A stretch of DNA of 64,000 nt from Clostridia bacterium. Its GTDB lineage: Bacteria; Bacillota; Clostridia; Oscillospirales; SIG627. Positions 53,853 through 63,904 of this stretch are shown here, piece by piece; position 1 is the first letter of the stretch, and each line of letters begins with the position of its first letter. The position numbers and the translations under genes are program-made. Location: positions 652 through 64,651 of the forward strand of contig JAFSID010000078.1 of NCBI GenBank assembly GCA_017439965.1, in the 5' to 3' direction. The notes beneath the pieces were generated by a model. The model was not told the DNA's origin and made no database searches. It saw nothing but the letters and a program-made list of their open reading frames with translations.

Positions 53853-54819
53853 AACGCTTTATGCCGTCGGAATAATTTTTGTGATTGTTTCGACGGCTTT
53901 CGGTATTGCCGTCGGAAGCACCGCGTTAAGCCTTGCGGAGCTTTTTGACGGTCTTGATACCGTTTCGGGCAGAATACTTTTATACGTCCGCTTACCGCGT
54001 GCTCTCGGATCGCTCGTCTGCGGTATGGCTCTTTCACTGTCGGGAGCGGTTATTCAAGCGGTGCTTGTCAATAAGCTTGCAGGTCCGAGTATTATAGGAG
54101 TTAATTCGGGCGCAGGTCTTGCGGTAGCCATATCGGCTGCTCTCGGAATATACGGAGGCTTCCGCCTTTCTCTGATTGCGTTTATAGGTGCCTTCGTCGC
54201 AACTATGCTTTTGAATTTCGGCGTGCAAAAATGGAAAATGGGAAGGGGAAGTGTGGTACTGGTCGGCGTGGCTTTAAACTGTCTGTTCAACGCCCTGACC
54301 GACGTTGTTACAACGCTTTTGCCCGATATCAGAATTATTACGGGTGACTTTAAAATCGGTGAGCTTCAAGGGGTTACCTATTCAAAGCTTATTCCTGCAA
54401 GTGTTGTTGTGACAGTATCTCTTGTAATCCTTATGACACTGAGAAACGAGCTTGGAGTTTTGTCACTCGGCGAGGATAACGCAAGAGGGCTTGGAATGAA
54501 TACCTCCCGTATGAGATGTGTTTTTCTGATTCTGTCGGCACTTCTTGCAGGCTCTGCGGTGAGTATTGCGGGACTCGTTTCCTTCGTGGGCTTGATTGTA
54601 CCGCATGCGGTAAGACGTGTGTCGGGCAATCACCCGAGGCACCTTTTGCCTCTTTGCGCCTTGTACGGAGGAGGCTTTGTCTGTCTTTGCGATACGCTTT
54701 CCCGTGTGCTCTTTTCTCCTTATGAGATTCCCGTAGGAATTATAATGGCATTTTTAGGTGTGCCCTTCTTTATACTTTTGCTTGTCAGAGGAAGGAGGAG
54801 TGATTATGCTGGAGATTAA
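53806..54819 (+). CDS. FecCD/BtuC-family ABC permease
   Basis: LRLPRALGSLVCGMALSLSGAVIQ block. The true start may be TTG 53842. Confidence 0.85.
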   Translation: MKGSLKSCYQTQLKIKTLYAVGIIFVIVSTAFGIAVGSTALSLAELFDGLDTVSGRILLYVRLPRALGSLVCGMALSLSGAVIQAVLVNKLAGPSIIGVNSGAGLAVAISAALGIYGGFRLSLIAFIGAFVATMLLNFGVQKWKMGRGSVVLVGVALNCLFNALTDVVTTLLPDIRIITGDFKIGELQGVTYSKLIPASVVVTVSLVILMTLRNELGVLSLGEDNARGLGMNTSRMRCVFLILSALLAGSAVSIAGLVSFVGLIVPHAVRRVSGNHPRHLLPLCALYGGGFVCLCDTLSRVLFSPYEIPVGIIMAFLGVPFFILLLVRGRRSDYAGD

Positions 54820-55558
54820 AGAGCTTTGCTCAGGCTACGGAAAAAAGCAGGTGCTCAATTCTGTGTCGTTGGAGCTTGAAAAGGGGAGACTCATTTCGGT
54901 TGTAGGGCCTAACGGCTCCGGCAAAAGCACGCTTTTAAAGCCCCTTGTCGGCATCAACCGAGTTTTTTCGGGTGATATAACCGTTGACGGAATACCTCTT
55001 TCAAGCCTTACCTCAAGAGAGCGTGCGAGAAAAATTTCTTATCTTTCTCAAGGCATGACTCTTCCCGATATGACTGTCGAGGAGGTGGTTTTGCAGGGAC
55101 GGTTTCCGCATTTATCCTACCCGTGTGTATATACCGAGCAGGATAAGGAGCTGTCTGTTGAAGCAATGAGGAGGGTAGGTATACTTCCGCTTGCTCAAAA
55201 CAGCCTTTCGTCACTGTCGGGCGGTATGAGACAAAGCGTTTTTATCGCAATGGCACTTGCACAGAATACCGATTATATTTTACTTGACGAGCCGTTGACC
55301 TATCTTGACGTATCTCACCAAGCCGAGCTTATGAGGCTTTTAAAGGAGCTTGCAGAAGAGGGAAGATGCGTTGTTACCGTAACTCACGACCTGCCTCTCG
55401 CCTTCAATTTTTCCGACAGCGTGGCGGTTATATCAAACGGTAGCGTTTTGTTACACGGAGCGCCCTGTGAGGCTTGTGAAAATGGATGTATAGATACGCT
55501 TTTCGGCGTTCAGATAATTAATACGGAATACGGATATATACTGAATAATATGAGATAA
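54806..55558 (+). CDS. ABC importer ATPase (FepC/BtuD type)
   Basis: Walker A GPNGSGKST, signature LSGGMRQ. ATG 54806 follows GGAGGAG. Confidence 0.9.
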   Translation: MLEIKELCSGYGKKQVLNSVSLELEKGRLISVVGPNGSGKSTLLKPLVGINRVFSGDITVDGIPLSSLTSRERARKISYLSQGMTLPDMTVEEVVLQGRFPHLSYPCVYTEQDKELSVEAMRRVGILPLAQNSLSSLSGGMRQSVFIAMALAQNTDYILLDEPLTYLDVSHQAELMRLLKELAEEGRCVVTVTHDLPLAFNFSDSVAVISNGSVLLHGAPCEACENGCIDTLFGVQIINTEYGYILNNMR

Positions 55559-55585
55559 ACGGCAGGTATCTGCCGTTTATTTTTG
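55557..55585 (+). terminator. Intrinsic terminator after the ABC operon
   Basis: AAACGGCAG-GTAT-CTGCCGTTT, then ATTTTTG. Confidence 0.75.
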
Positions 55586-55629
55586 TCATATAGCAGGTCC
55601 TTGACTCATAGCATTTATGGGAGGAGGTT

Positions 55630-57186
55630 TTGACCACGCTTAAAAAATTTTTCGTTAACGCTTCAATAATGAGCATCGTTTCGGTGCTTTTAAAAATAGT
55701 CGGCGTGTATTTTTCTGTATGGCTGTCTCGCACGATAGGTGAGGAGGGAATGGGTATATACGGGCTTACAAGCTCGGTTTACCGTCTCGGAATAACCTTT
55801 GCTTCAAGCGGTATAGGGTTTGCCGCAACGAGAATAATTGCCGAGGAGCTTGAAAAGAAAAATCCCCGTGAGGCTTTAAGAGCCGCTGAAAAATGTATTC
55901 TTTATTCCTTTATGATAGGCTTTGCTACCTCGGTGTTTTTCTTTACCTGCTCGGACTTTCTTGGGAACGTATTTTTGGGTGACGTGCGTTGCGTTTCATC
56001 TGTCAGAATAATGTCGGTAAGTCTGCCGTTTCTCGTTATGTCGTCGGTTATCAACGCATATTTTACGGGGGTCAGACACCTTGTCAAGCCTGCCGTGTGT
56101 ATGATGCTTGAGCAGGCTGTCAGGGTCGGCGTTACAATGCTTTTGTTAAGAGACTTCGACGGAGAAAATCTTGAATGGGGATGTCTTGCGGTAATACTCG
56201 GCGGAGTGATTGCCGAAATATTCTCCTTCTTGCTTTCTTATACCTTTTATTTATTTGACCGTCGCACTCTTTATTCGGGGGCGCATAACAAAACGAGGCT
56301 CGGCAAAAGGGTTTCGTCAATTGCGATTCCCGTTGCCTTAAGCTCTTATATACGCTCGGGACTTTTGACGGTTGAGCATATGATGATTCCCTCGGGCTTA
56401 CGCCGTTACGGAGTTGACCCGTCACGCGCTCTCGGTCTGTACGGAATTATTTCGGGAATGGTATTCCCCGTGCTATTCTTTCCGTCGGCGTTTCTTTACG
56501 CTGCCTCCGACCTTGTGATGCCCGAGTTTGCCGCCTGCCACGCATCAAAAAACAAAAAACGCACCTTAAGACTCACCAATAAGGTTATGCAGCTCACATC
56601 ATTTTTCTCGGTCGGTGTAGCGGGCATTCTTTACGGCTATTCTCACGAGCTGGGTACGGTTTTGTATAAAAGCCGTGACGTCGGTATATATCTTAAAATG
56701 CTTGCGCCACTCGTTATCTTTATGTTCTTCGACCACCTTGCCGATGCAATCCTGAAGGGACTTGACAAACAGCTTTCGGTGGTAGGCTTTAACGTTATTG
56801 ACTCGGTTATAAGCGTATTGCTTGTATGGATTTTAGTCCCCAAATTCGGTATCGGAGGCTATATTTTCGTCGTATGGTTCGGGGAGGTCGTGAACTGTAT
56901 TATGTCAACCGTTAGCCTCGTTAAGACCACGGGAGTCAGAATACGCTTGTTCAATTGGCTTATCTCTCCGTTGATTGCCGTCGGCACGTCTTTAATCGTT
57001 TCAAGGTCTGTGCTCGCTCTTTTGCACGGAGGCGTGGGTGGAAACGGAATAAGTCTTGCGGTAGCCATAACCGTTACAGCCTTACTTTACGCTCTTATAA
57101 TGAGGCTTATAGGCTGTATTACTCTGCACGATTATCACCTTCTTACACGGATTTTTATAAGAAAAGAAAAAAATGGCTCAGCTTGA
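55630..57186 (+). CDS. spoVB: SpoVB-type MOP/MurJ-superfamily flippase
   Basis: 518 aa, about 14 TM helices, N-terminal FFVNASIMSIVSVLLKIVG..IGEEGMG typical of SpoVB. TTG start. Confidence 0.7.
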   Translation: MTTLKKFFVNASIMSIVSVLLKIVGVYFSVWLSRTIGEEGMGIYGLTSSVYRLGITFASSGIGFAATRIIAEELEKKNPREALRAAEKCILYSFMIGFATSVFFFTCSDFLGNVFLGDVRCVSSVRIMSVSLPFLVMSSVINAYFTGVRHLVKPAVCMMLEQAVRVGVTMLLLRDFDGENLEWGCLAVILGGVIAEIFSFLLSYTFYLFDRRTLYSGAHNKTRLGKRVSSIAIPVALSSYIRSGLLTVEHMMIPSGLRRYGVDPSRALGLYGIISGMVFPVLFFPSAFLYAASDLVMPEFAACHASKNKKRTLRLTNKVMQLTSFFSVGVAGILYGYSHELGTVLYKSRDVGIYLKMLAPLVIFMFFDHLADAILKGLDKQLSVVGFNVIDSVISVLLVWILVPKFGIGGYIFVVWFGEVVNCIMSTVSLVKTTGVRIRLFNWLISPLIAVGTSLIVSRSVLALLHGGVGGNGISLAVAITVTALLYALIMRLIGCITLHDYHLLTRIFIRKEKNGSA

Positions 57187-57197
57187 GCCATTTTTTT
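57167..57197. terminator. Bidirectional terminator (spoVB / glnS)
   Basis: AAAAAAATGGCTCA-GCT-TGAGCCATTTTTTT. Confidence 0.8.
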
Positions 57198-57225
57198 GAT
57201 TGTGAAAATTGTCTTGGTGTAACAG

Positions 57226-58875
57226 TTATTTACCCTTGCTGTCCTTTAAGGGAACGATGCTGTTGAAGGTGTTTTCGTTCTTCGTGTCAAGACAGTAGTA
57301 GCCCATTCTTACAAACTGGAACTTATCACCGGGCTTTGCCGTCTTGAGAGACGCTTCAACCTTTGCTCTCTTGACGGTCTTTGAGTCGGGGTTAAGAAAG
57401 TCGGTGTATTCCTTATCCTCGGGAAGCTTTGAGGGGTCCTCAAGGGTAAGGAGGTTTTCGTAAAGCACAACGTCTGCATCGTAGCAGTTAGCCTCTGAAA
57501 GCCAGTGAATAGTACCCTTTATCTTGCGTCCGTCAACGGGGTTTCCGTTGCCCGTTTCAAGGTCTGCGGTACAGTGGATCTCCTTAACCGTTCCGTCGTC
57601 GTTCAGCACGATATCTCCGCACTTGACGATGTAAGCGCCCATAAGACGAACCTCGCCCTCGGGCTTGAGACGGAAGAACTTGGGAGGAGGTACGAGAGCA
57701 AAATCGTCCGCATCAATAAAGATGTTCTTGGTGAATTTAACCTCACGCGTGCCCATCTCGGGATGCTGAGGATGATTGGGAAGCTCAAATATCTCTTCCT
57801 TATCCTCGGGATAGTTGTCGATTATAACGCGAATGGGATTCAATACCGCAACTCGTCTCGGTGCAGTTTCATTAAGCTCGTCACGGACACAAGCCTCAAG
57901 GAGTCTTATGTCAACGAGGCTGTTTGCCTTTGCAACGCCGACTCTTGAGCAGAAGTCAACGATAGCCGAGCCCGTGTATCCACGTCTTCTCAAGCCACAG
58001 AGAGTGGGCATTCTCGGGTCATCCCAGCCGTCAACTCTTCCGCTTTCCACCATAAGTCTCAAAAATCTCTTTGAAAGCACCGTGTTGGTTATGTTGAGTC
58101 GGGCAAACTCAATCTGTCTGGGAGTATGAGGTACGCTTACGTTTTCAATTACCCAGTTATAAAGCGGTCTGTGGATTTCAAATTCAAGTGAGCAAAGAGA
58201 GTGTGTGATACCCTCAAGCGCGTCCTGAATAGGATGAGCAAAGTCGTAGGTGGGATAGATGCACCATTTGTCGCCGTGACGGTGATGATGCATATGCTTG
58301 ATTCTGTATATGACGGGGTCTCTCATCCAGAAGTTGCCTGATGCAAGGTCGATTTTTGCACGGAGAGTGTATTTTCCGTCGGGAAATTCTCCGTCCTTCA
58401 TACGACGGAAAAGGTCAAGGCTTTCCTCGATGGGTCTGTCACGCCAAGGAGATATCGCAGGGTGAGAAAGGTCGCCTCTGTACTTTTCCATATCGTCAGC
58501 CGAAAGCTCACAAACGTATGCAAGACCCTTGTTTATAAGCTCAATAGCGTACTCGTAGTCCTTTTCAAAATAGTCCGAGCCGTAGAAGAATCTGTCGTCC
58601 CAGTCAAAGCCGAGCCAGTGAATATCTTCCTTTATAGCGTCAACGTACTCGGTATCCTCTTTAGCGGGGTTTGTATCGTCCATTCGGAGATTACAGAGAC
58701 CGTTGTACTTCTTTGCAATACCGAAGTCGATAGCAAGCGCCTTACAGTGACCTATGTGCAAATATCCGTTAGGCTCGGGAGGAAAACGGGTATGCACCTT
58801 TTCAATCTTTCCCTCTGCAATGTCGGAGTCAATTATTTCTTCAATAAAATTTTTGTTGTCTTCCATATAGTCCAT
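57226..58875 (-). CDS. glnS: Glutamine--tRNA ligase
   Basis: HTRFPPEPNGYLHIGH and VLSKR motifs, GlnRS-type C-terminal beta barrels; 549 aa. Confidence 0.9.
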   Translation of the reverse strand: MDYMEDNKNFIEEIIDSDIAEGKIEKVHTRFPPEPNGYLHIGHCKALAIDFGIAKKYNGLCNLRMDDTNPAKEDTEYVDAIKEDIHWLGFDWDDRFFYGSDYFEKDYEYAIELINKGLAYVCELSADDMEKYRGDLSHPAISPWRDRPIEESLDLFRRMKDGEFPDGKYTLRAKIDLASGNFWMRDPVIYRIKHMHHHRHGDKWCIYPTYDFAHPIQDALEGITHSLCSLEFEIHRPLYNWVIENVSVPHTPRQIEFARLNITNTVLSKRFLRLMVESGRVDGWDDPRMPTLCGLRRRGYTGSAIVDFCSRVGVAKANSLVDIRLLEACVRDELNETAPRRVAVLNPIRVIIDNYPEDKEEIFELPNHPQHPEMGTREVKFTKNIFIDADDFALVPPPKFFRLKPEGEVRLMGAYIVKCGDIVLNDDGTVKEIHCTADLETGNGNPVDGRKIKGTIHWLSEANCYDADVVLYENLLTLEDPSKLPEDKEYTDFLNPDSKTVKRAKVEASLKTAKPGDKFQFVRMGYYCLDTKNENTFNSIVPLKDSKGK

Positions 58876-58880
58876 CCTTA

Positions 58881-60566
58881 TTAAAGAGAATTTATCATTG
58901 CGTCAATTCTTTCAAGCGTCTTTTGACGGCCGAGTATCTGCATAACGGTATAAAGGTCGGGAGCGTTCATCTTGCCCGTTACGGCAACTCGGATGAACAT
59001 ACTGATGTCGGCAACACTGCCCTTGAAGGCAGACGGGTCAGCCTTGTAAGCCTTCATATCCGATGCGTAGCCGAGCGAGTCCGCAATGCCCTTGATTTTG
59101 TCAAACCACGTGTTCATATCGTCGTTCTCGTCGTAGGAAAGATTGAAGGTGACGAGAGTCTTCTTTATATCGTCACGGTCAAAGTTTTCGGGATACTCAT
59201 CCTCAAGCTTGAAAAACTCGTCGTAGAAGAAGCTCATATAAGGTCTTGCGTCTGCAAGGGTCGCAAGGTCACGGCGAGGCTTCTTTCCGCCTCTGCCGAT
59301 AGCGAAAATTCTTTCGGCAAAGTCGGGAGTTGCTTCAAGTGCCTTTCCGAAGGGCTCGTCAAACTGAAGCGCCCATTCGGTAACCTTTTGAGTAACGGTT
59401 CTTGCATCAAGTCTTGAAATAACGTTCTTGGAAACGTCGTTGAGCTTGTCAAAGTCGAAGAGACAGCCTGAAACGGACATCTTCTTTACGCTGAAGGGGA
59501 ATTCCTTGTAGGATTTATCGGGATTCTGCGCGTGCCATTCCTCATAGTTTGAGTTGAGAAGGGTCATAACGTATTCGCATACAGCCTCGGGAATGTAACC
59601 CATTCTGGTGTAATCGTCCATGTTAGCGCCCATATCACGCTTTGAAAGCTTTTTCTTGTTGCCGTTTTCGTCAAGCTTCATTATCTGAGAAATGTGCATA
59701 AACTTGGGAAGCTTGAAGCCGAGATAACGGAAAAGCTGAATGTGCTTGGGAAGGCTGGGAAGCCATTCTTCACCGCGGATAACGTGGGTCGTGCCCATAA
59801 GGTGATCGTCAACGGCGTGTGCAAAATGGTAGGTAGGAATACCGTCTGACTTGAGAAGCACGAAGTCCTCGTCGTTTTCGGGGATTTCGAGATTGCCTTT
59901 AATGAGGTCGGTAATCTTTACCTTTCTTTCTCCGTCTCCGTCAGACAGAACTCTCAAAACGAAGGGGTTACCCTCTGCAAGATTCTTTTCCACGTCCTCT
60001 ATCGTAAACTCACGAGCCTTAAGCTGTGCAGCCTTCTTTTCAGCCGCCGCGGTGGTCCAGTCGGTATTCTTGATTTCTGCCTTCTTGTCGGTTTCAAGAA
60101 GCTCCTCAAGCTCCTCCTCGGTGGTGAAAACGGGGTATGCAAGACCCTTTTGTACAAGTGACTTTGCAAAGGTCTGGTAAATCTCGCGTCTTTCACTCTG
60201 CTTGTAGGGACCGTAGTTGCCCTTGTAGGTTATCTTTCCGTTTTCGTCAAGCACCGCGCCCTCGTCAAAGGATACGCCGTAGCGCTCAAGAGTCTTGATA
60301 AGTCCTTCTGCCGCACCCTCAACCTCACGCTTAGCGTCGGTATCCTCAATGCGAAGGAAGAACACGCCCTTTGAAAGATGAGCCATACGCTCGCCTACGG
60401 TAGAAGGGAAAAGTCCTCCGAAATGTACGAAGCCCGTAGGACTGGGAGCAAATCTCGTAACGACCGCACCCTCGGGAAGCTCACGTCTCGGGAATCTTGC
60501 CTCCATATCCTCGGGAGTGGTTGTAATGTCGGGATAAAGTAATTCTGCAAGTCTCTCAAAATCCAT
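58881..60566 (-). CDS. gltX: Glutamate--tRNA ligase (long form)
   Basis: VTRFAPSPTGFVHFGG and KLSKRD motifs; 561 aa. Confidence 0.85.
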   Translation of the reverse strand: MDFERLAELLYPDITTTPEDMEARFPRRELPEGAVVTRFAPSPTGFVHFGGLFPSTVGERMAHLSKGVFFLRIEDTDAKREVEGAAEGLIKTLERYGVSFDEGAVLDENGKITYKGNYGPYKQSERREIYQTFAKSLVQKGLAYPVFTTEEELEELLETDKKAEIKNTDWTTAAAEKKAAQLKAREFTIEDVEKNLAEGNPFVLRVLSDGDGERKVKITDLIKGNLEIPENDEDFVLLKSDGIPTYHFAHAVDDHLMGTTHVIRGEEWLPSLPKHIQLFRYLGFKLPKFMHISQIMKLDENGNKKKLSKRDMGANMDDYTRMGYIPEAVCEYVMTLLNSNYEEWHAQNPDKSYKEFPFSVKKMSVSGCLFDFDKLNDVSKNVISRLDARTVTQKVTEWALQFDEPFGKALEATPDFAERIFAIGRGGKKPRRDLATLADARPYMSFFYDEFFKLEDEYPENFDRDDIKKTLVTFNLSYDENDDMNTWFDKIKGIADSLGYASDMKAYKADPSAFKGSVADISMFIRVAVTGKMNAPDLYTVMQILGRQKTLERIDAMINSL

Positions 60567-60584
60567 AAAAATATATCCTTTCGT

Positions 60585-61463
60585 TTATTCATCCAGAATG
60601 AGTTTGTTTTCGATTTCTTTTACAGGGAAGATTACAGGTCTTTCGGTGGTGGGAACGTTTGGCTTGTGCATTACGAAAAGCGTTTCTCCCTCAAGACTTG
60701 TGAAAATCATTCCGTGACCTCCGTCACAGTTTGATATAGGTGTGTCGATAAGCTTCCAGCTTCCGTCAATGTCACCGTTGTCGCTGACGGAAACAAGCTC
60801 TGCATATCCCTTTGCCGAATATGTAGACCATATACATGCAAGGCTTCCATTTTTGCATCTGTGGAAAAACGGACCGTCGGTAACGAGCGCCTTTTGGTCG
60901 GGAAGGGTAGAGATAACGTCCTTGTACGCTGATGCTTTCCATAGGATTCTCGGCTCTGTTACAGCGTGTGTCAGGTCATCGGATAATTGTACCTCGCAGA
61001 TTTCTCCGTCTCCTACCTGCGCCCATTCGTGACAAAATACAAGGTGAGGGTTTCCTGATTTATCTACGTAAAACGTTCCGTCGAGACATTCCCAATCGGA
61101 AGGAGTTTGCGGATTTTCGGATATAGGCTTGAATTCTCCGTCGGGGATGTCGCAGGAAAGAATGTGTGTTCCTCGGCATCTGTCATCCGACTTGAAGGTC
61201 GCAAACATATAAAACTTGTTTTTGTAAACGTGCACCTCGGGAGCCCAGAACTGATATTTACCCCAGAAGCTTTCGTTTTCTGCAAAAACAGTATTTCCCT
61301 TAACCCAATTTTCAAGGTCATGGCTTATGTATACGTCTATTCCGTTCTGCCTGCCGTGAAAAAGGTTTCCCTCGGGGAGTCCAACTCTTGAGCCGTACAT
61401 ATAGTAGGTGTTATTATGTGTGAGAATGAATGGGTCTCTTATGTTGATTTCATTGATTTTCAT
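60585..61463 (-). CDS. Glycoside hydrolase family 43 protein
   Basis: IRDPFIL..YYMYGS and WAPEVH blocks, no signal peptide. ATG 61463 overlaps the upstream stop (ATGA). Confidence 0.8.
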   Translation of the reverse strand: MKINEINIRDPFILTHNNTYYMYGSRVGLPEGNLFHGRQNGIDVYISHDLENWVKGNTVFAENESFWGKYQFWAPEVHVYKNKFYMFATFKSDDRCRGTHILSCDIPDGEFKPISENPQTPSDWECLDGTFYVDKSGNPHLVFCHEWAQVGDGEICEVQLSDDLTHAVTEPRILWKASAYKDVISTLPDQKALVTDGPFFHRCKNGSLACIWSTYSAKGYAELVSVSDNGDIDGSWKLIDTPISNCDGGHGMIFTSLEGETLFVMHKPNVPTTERPVIFPVKEIENKLILDE

Positions 61464-62581
61464 TTGTTCTTTTTGTAATACTGATAGTAGAAGCAACGGA
61501 GCATACCGTTGTACATTTTTCTTACGTTGTCTGCCTTTCTGCCGAAATGCTTTTCAAAATATTCACTTGAGGTGAATACGTAATATCTTTGAAGCCCTGC
61601 TTTTTCAAAGGCTTTTCCCATTTTTCGATATAAAGCCTCCGCCTCCTGAACGTCGAGAAGCCTCTCGCCATATGGCGGATTGCAAACGACGGTTGCACGC
61701 TCACCGACCTCAAGTTCGGCAACGTCCCTTTCAAAGAAGGTTATATATTCCTCAACACCTGCGTTTTTAGCGTTTTCACGGGCTATTTTTATCATTTCAG
61801 CCGATATATCACTTGCCCATATCCTCACAGGCTCGGGACGTATTGATTCCCTTGCCTCCTCGCGCGCCTTACTCCATATGTCACGCGGAAGAAATCCAAA
61901 GCACTCGCTTGCAAATCCGCGGTTGATACCAGGTGCTATTCCCTTGAGGTAGAGTGCCGCTTCAATTGCAATCGTACCCGAGCCGCACATAGGGTCGTAA
62001 AAAAGCGTGTCACGGAACGGACGTGCTATCTGAACGAGTGCGGATGCAAGAGTTTCACGCATCGGTGCCTCACCCGTTGCCGAGCGGTAGCCTCTTTTGT
62101 AAAGACTTTCACCGCTTGTGTTTATCATTAATGCAACGGTGTCGTTGAGAATGAAAAACTCAATCGGAATTTTATTCTCGGTTTCCGACAGTCTGTCGGT
62201 CTTATACGCCTTGAAGAGTCTGTCAACTATTGCCTTTTTGATGATACGCTGACAGTCGGTAACGCTGAAAAGCTTTGACCTTATCGAGTGTCCCGTAACG
62301 GGAAAGGAATCGTTTTGGGAGATATATTTTTCCCATTCAATTCCCTTAGTGCTCTCAAAAAGCTCGTCAAAGGTGGTTGCGTTAAATTCAGATACGATGA
62401 TATAAAGCTTTTCGGCACAGCGGAAGCCTACGTTACAACGGGCAACCGCATTCTCGTCACCCTCAAAGTAGACCCGTCCGTCAATCGTGCCAAGCCTCTT
62501 GTAGCCCAGTCTGTCAACCGTCTCACCGACGAATTTTTCAAGACCGAACATACACGTTGCGGCATATTTATAATTTGCCAT
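61460..62581 (-). CDS. THUMP-domain class I SAM-dependent RNA methyltransferase (RlmL/YpsC family)
   Basis: THUMP N-terminus, DPMCGSGTI SAM motif, NPPYG catalytic motif. Confidence 0.8.
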   Translation of the reverse strand: MANYKYAATCMFGLEKFVGETVDRLGYKRLGTIDGRVYFEGDENAVARCNVGFRCAEKLYIIVSEFNATTFDELFESTKGIEWEKYISQNDSFPVTGHSIRSKLFSVTDCQRIIKKAIVDRLFKAYKTDRLSETENKIPIEFFILNDTVALMINTSGESLYKRGYRSATGEAPMRETLASALVQIARPFRDTLFYDPMCGSGTIAIEAALYLKGIAPGINRGFASECFGFLPRDIWSKAREEARESIRPEPVRIWASDISAEMIKIARENAKNAGVEEYITFFERDVAELEVGERATVVCNPPYGERLLDVQEAEALYRKMGKAFEKAGLQRYYVFTSSEYFEKHFGRKADNVRKMYNGMLRCFYYQYYKKNK

Positions 62582-63063
62582 TATTTACGCTCGTAGGTGG
62601 TGTAATGGAACTCAATGCCGTTTTCCTCAAGCGTTTCGGATACGTCAACGGCATTCCATTCACTGTCCTTTATTTCAGGGAAGAAGCGGTCAGCGTCAAA
62701 GCTCTTGTGAATATGAGTGATGTAAAGACGGTCACAGTAGGGCATAAGCGTTGCGTAAACCATAGCGCCTCCGATAACGAAGGCATCCTCAATGCTGTTG
62801 GCATTAACGTATTCAAAAAGCTCGTCAACGCTGTGTACCACAACCGCGCCCTCAATTTCAATATCCTTTTCGTAAAGTACGATGTTGGTGCGGTTCTTGA
62901 GCGGTGCGGACTTCGGAAGGGAAATAAGGGTATTGTAGCCCATTATAACCGTCTTACCGATGGTGACCTCCTTAAAATGCTTAAGGTCTGCGGAAAGGTG
63001 GCAGAGAAGGTCTCCGTTCTTTCCGATGCCGTTTTTTTCATCTATTGCAACAATAAGATTCAT
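62581..63063 (-). CDS. folA: Dihydrofolate reductase
   Basis: LIVAIDEKNGIGKNGDL start, VIMGYNT and VIGG blocks; 160 aa. Confidence 0.9.
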   Translation of the reverse strand: MNLIVAIDEKNGIGKNGDLLCHLSADLKHFKEVTIGKTVIMGYNTLISLPKSAPLKNRTNIVLYEKDIEIEGAVVVHSVDELFEYVNANSIEDAFVIGGAMVYATLMPYCDRLYITHIHKSFDADRFFPEIKDSEWNAVDVSETLEENGIEFHYTTYERK

Positions 63064-63073
63064 TTTTATCTCC

Positions 63074-63904
63074 TTATTCAGCGACCTCTATTCTGTCGGT
63101 GAATTCATTGAATTTATATCCCTCAAGGGTAAAGCTGTTTTCGTCAAATTTGTAGAAATCGTCGATTGACTTGTCCAAAGTGAATTTCGGGGCGTCGAAC
63201 TGCTCACGCTCGATAAGTCGCTCGATAATTGGAATGTGACGCTCGTAAATGTGTGCGTCGGCAATAACGTGAACGAATTCACCGACCTCAAGTCCTGCAA
63301 CCTGCGCGAGCATATGAACGAGCACCGAGTACTGAACCACGTTCCAGTTGTTTGCCGCAAGCATATCCTGACTTCTCTGGTTGAGAATTGCCGAAAGCTT
63401 GCCGTTTGCCACGTTGAAGGTCATACTGTACGCGCAAGGATAAAGGTGCATCTCGGAAAGGTCCTGATGGTTGTAAATGTTGGTGATTATTCGACGGCTG
63501 TTAGGGTTGTTCTTAAGGTCGAAGATTACTCTGTCAACCTGGTCAAACTCACCCTCGCGGTACTTGTGCTTGATACCGAGCTGATATCCGTAAGCCTTTC
63601 CGATAGAGCCCGTCTCGTCAGCCCACTTGTCCCAGATGTGTGCGTCAAGGTCGTTTATGTTGTTTGACTTCTTCTGCCATATCCACAAAAGCTCTCTTAC
63701 CGCCGTCTTTATCGCAGTACGGCGAAGTGTCATTATGGGAAATTCCTTTGAAAGATCGTATCGGTTTACGATAGCAAAGCACTTTTTAGTGTATGCGGGA
63801 GTGCCGTCTTCCCAACGGGGTCTGACCTCAAACTCCTTGTCCCATACGCCGTTCTCGAGTATGTTTTTACAGTTTTCCACGAAAATTCTGTCAGCAAGAC
63901 TCAT
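63074..63904 (-). CDS. thyA: Thymidylate synthase (ThyA)
   Basis: ELLWIWQ, PCAYSMTF (catalytic Cys) and NQRSQD blocks; 276 aa. Confidence 0.9.
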   Translation of the reverse strand: MSLADRIFVENCKNILENGVWDKEFEVRPRWEDGTPAYTKKCFAIVNRYDLSKEFPIMTLRRTAIKTAVRELLWIWQKKSNNINDLDAHIWDKWADETGSIGKAYGYQLGIKHKYREGEFDQVDRVIFDLKNNPNSRRIITNIYNHQDLSEMHLYPCAYSMTFNVANGKLSAILNQRSQDMLAANNWNVVQYSVLVHMLAQVAGLEVGEFVHVIADAHIYERHIPIIERLIEREQFDAPKFTLDKSIDDFYKFDENSFTLEGYKFNEFTDRIEVAE

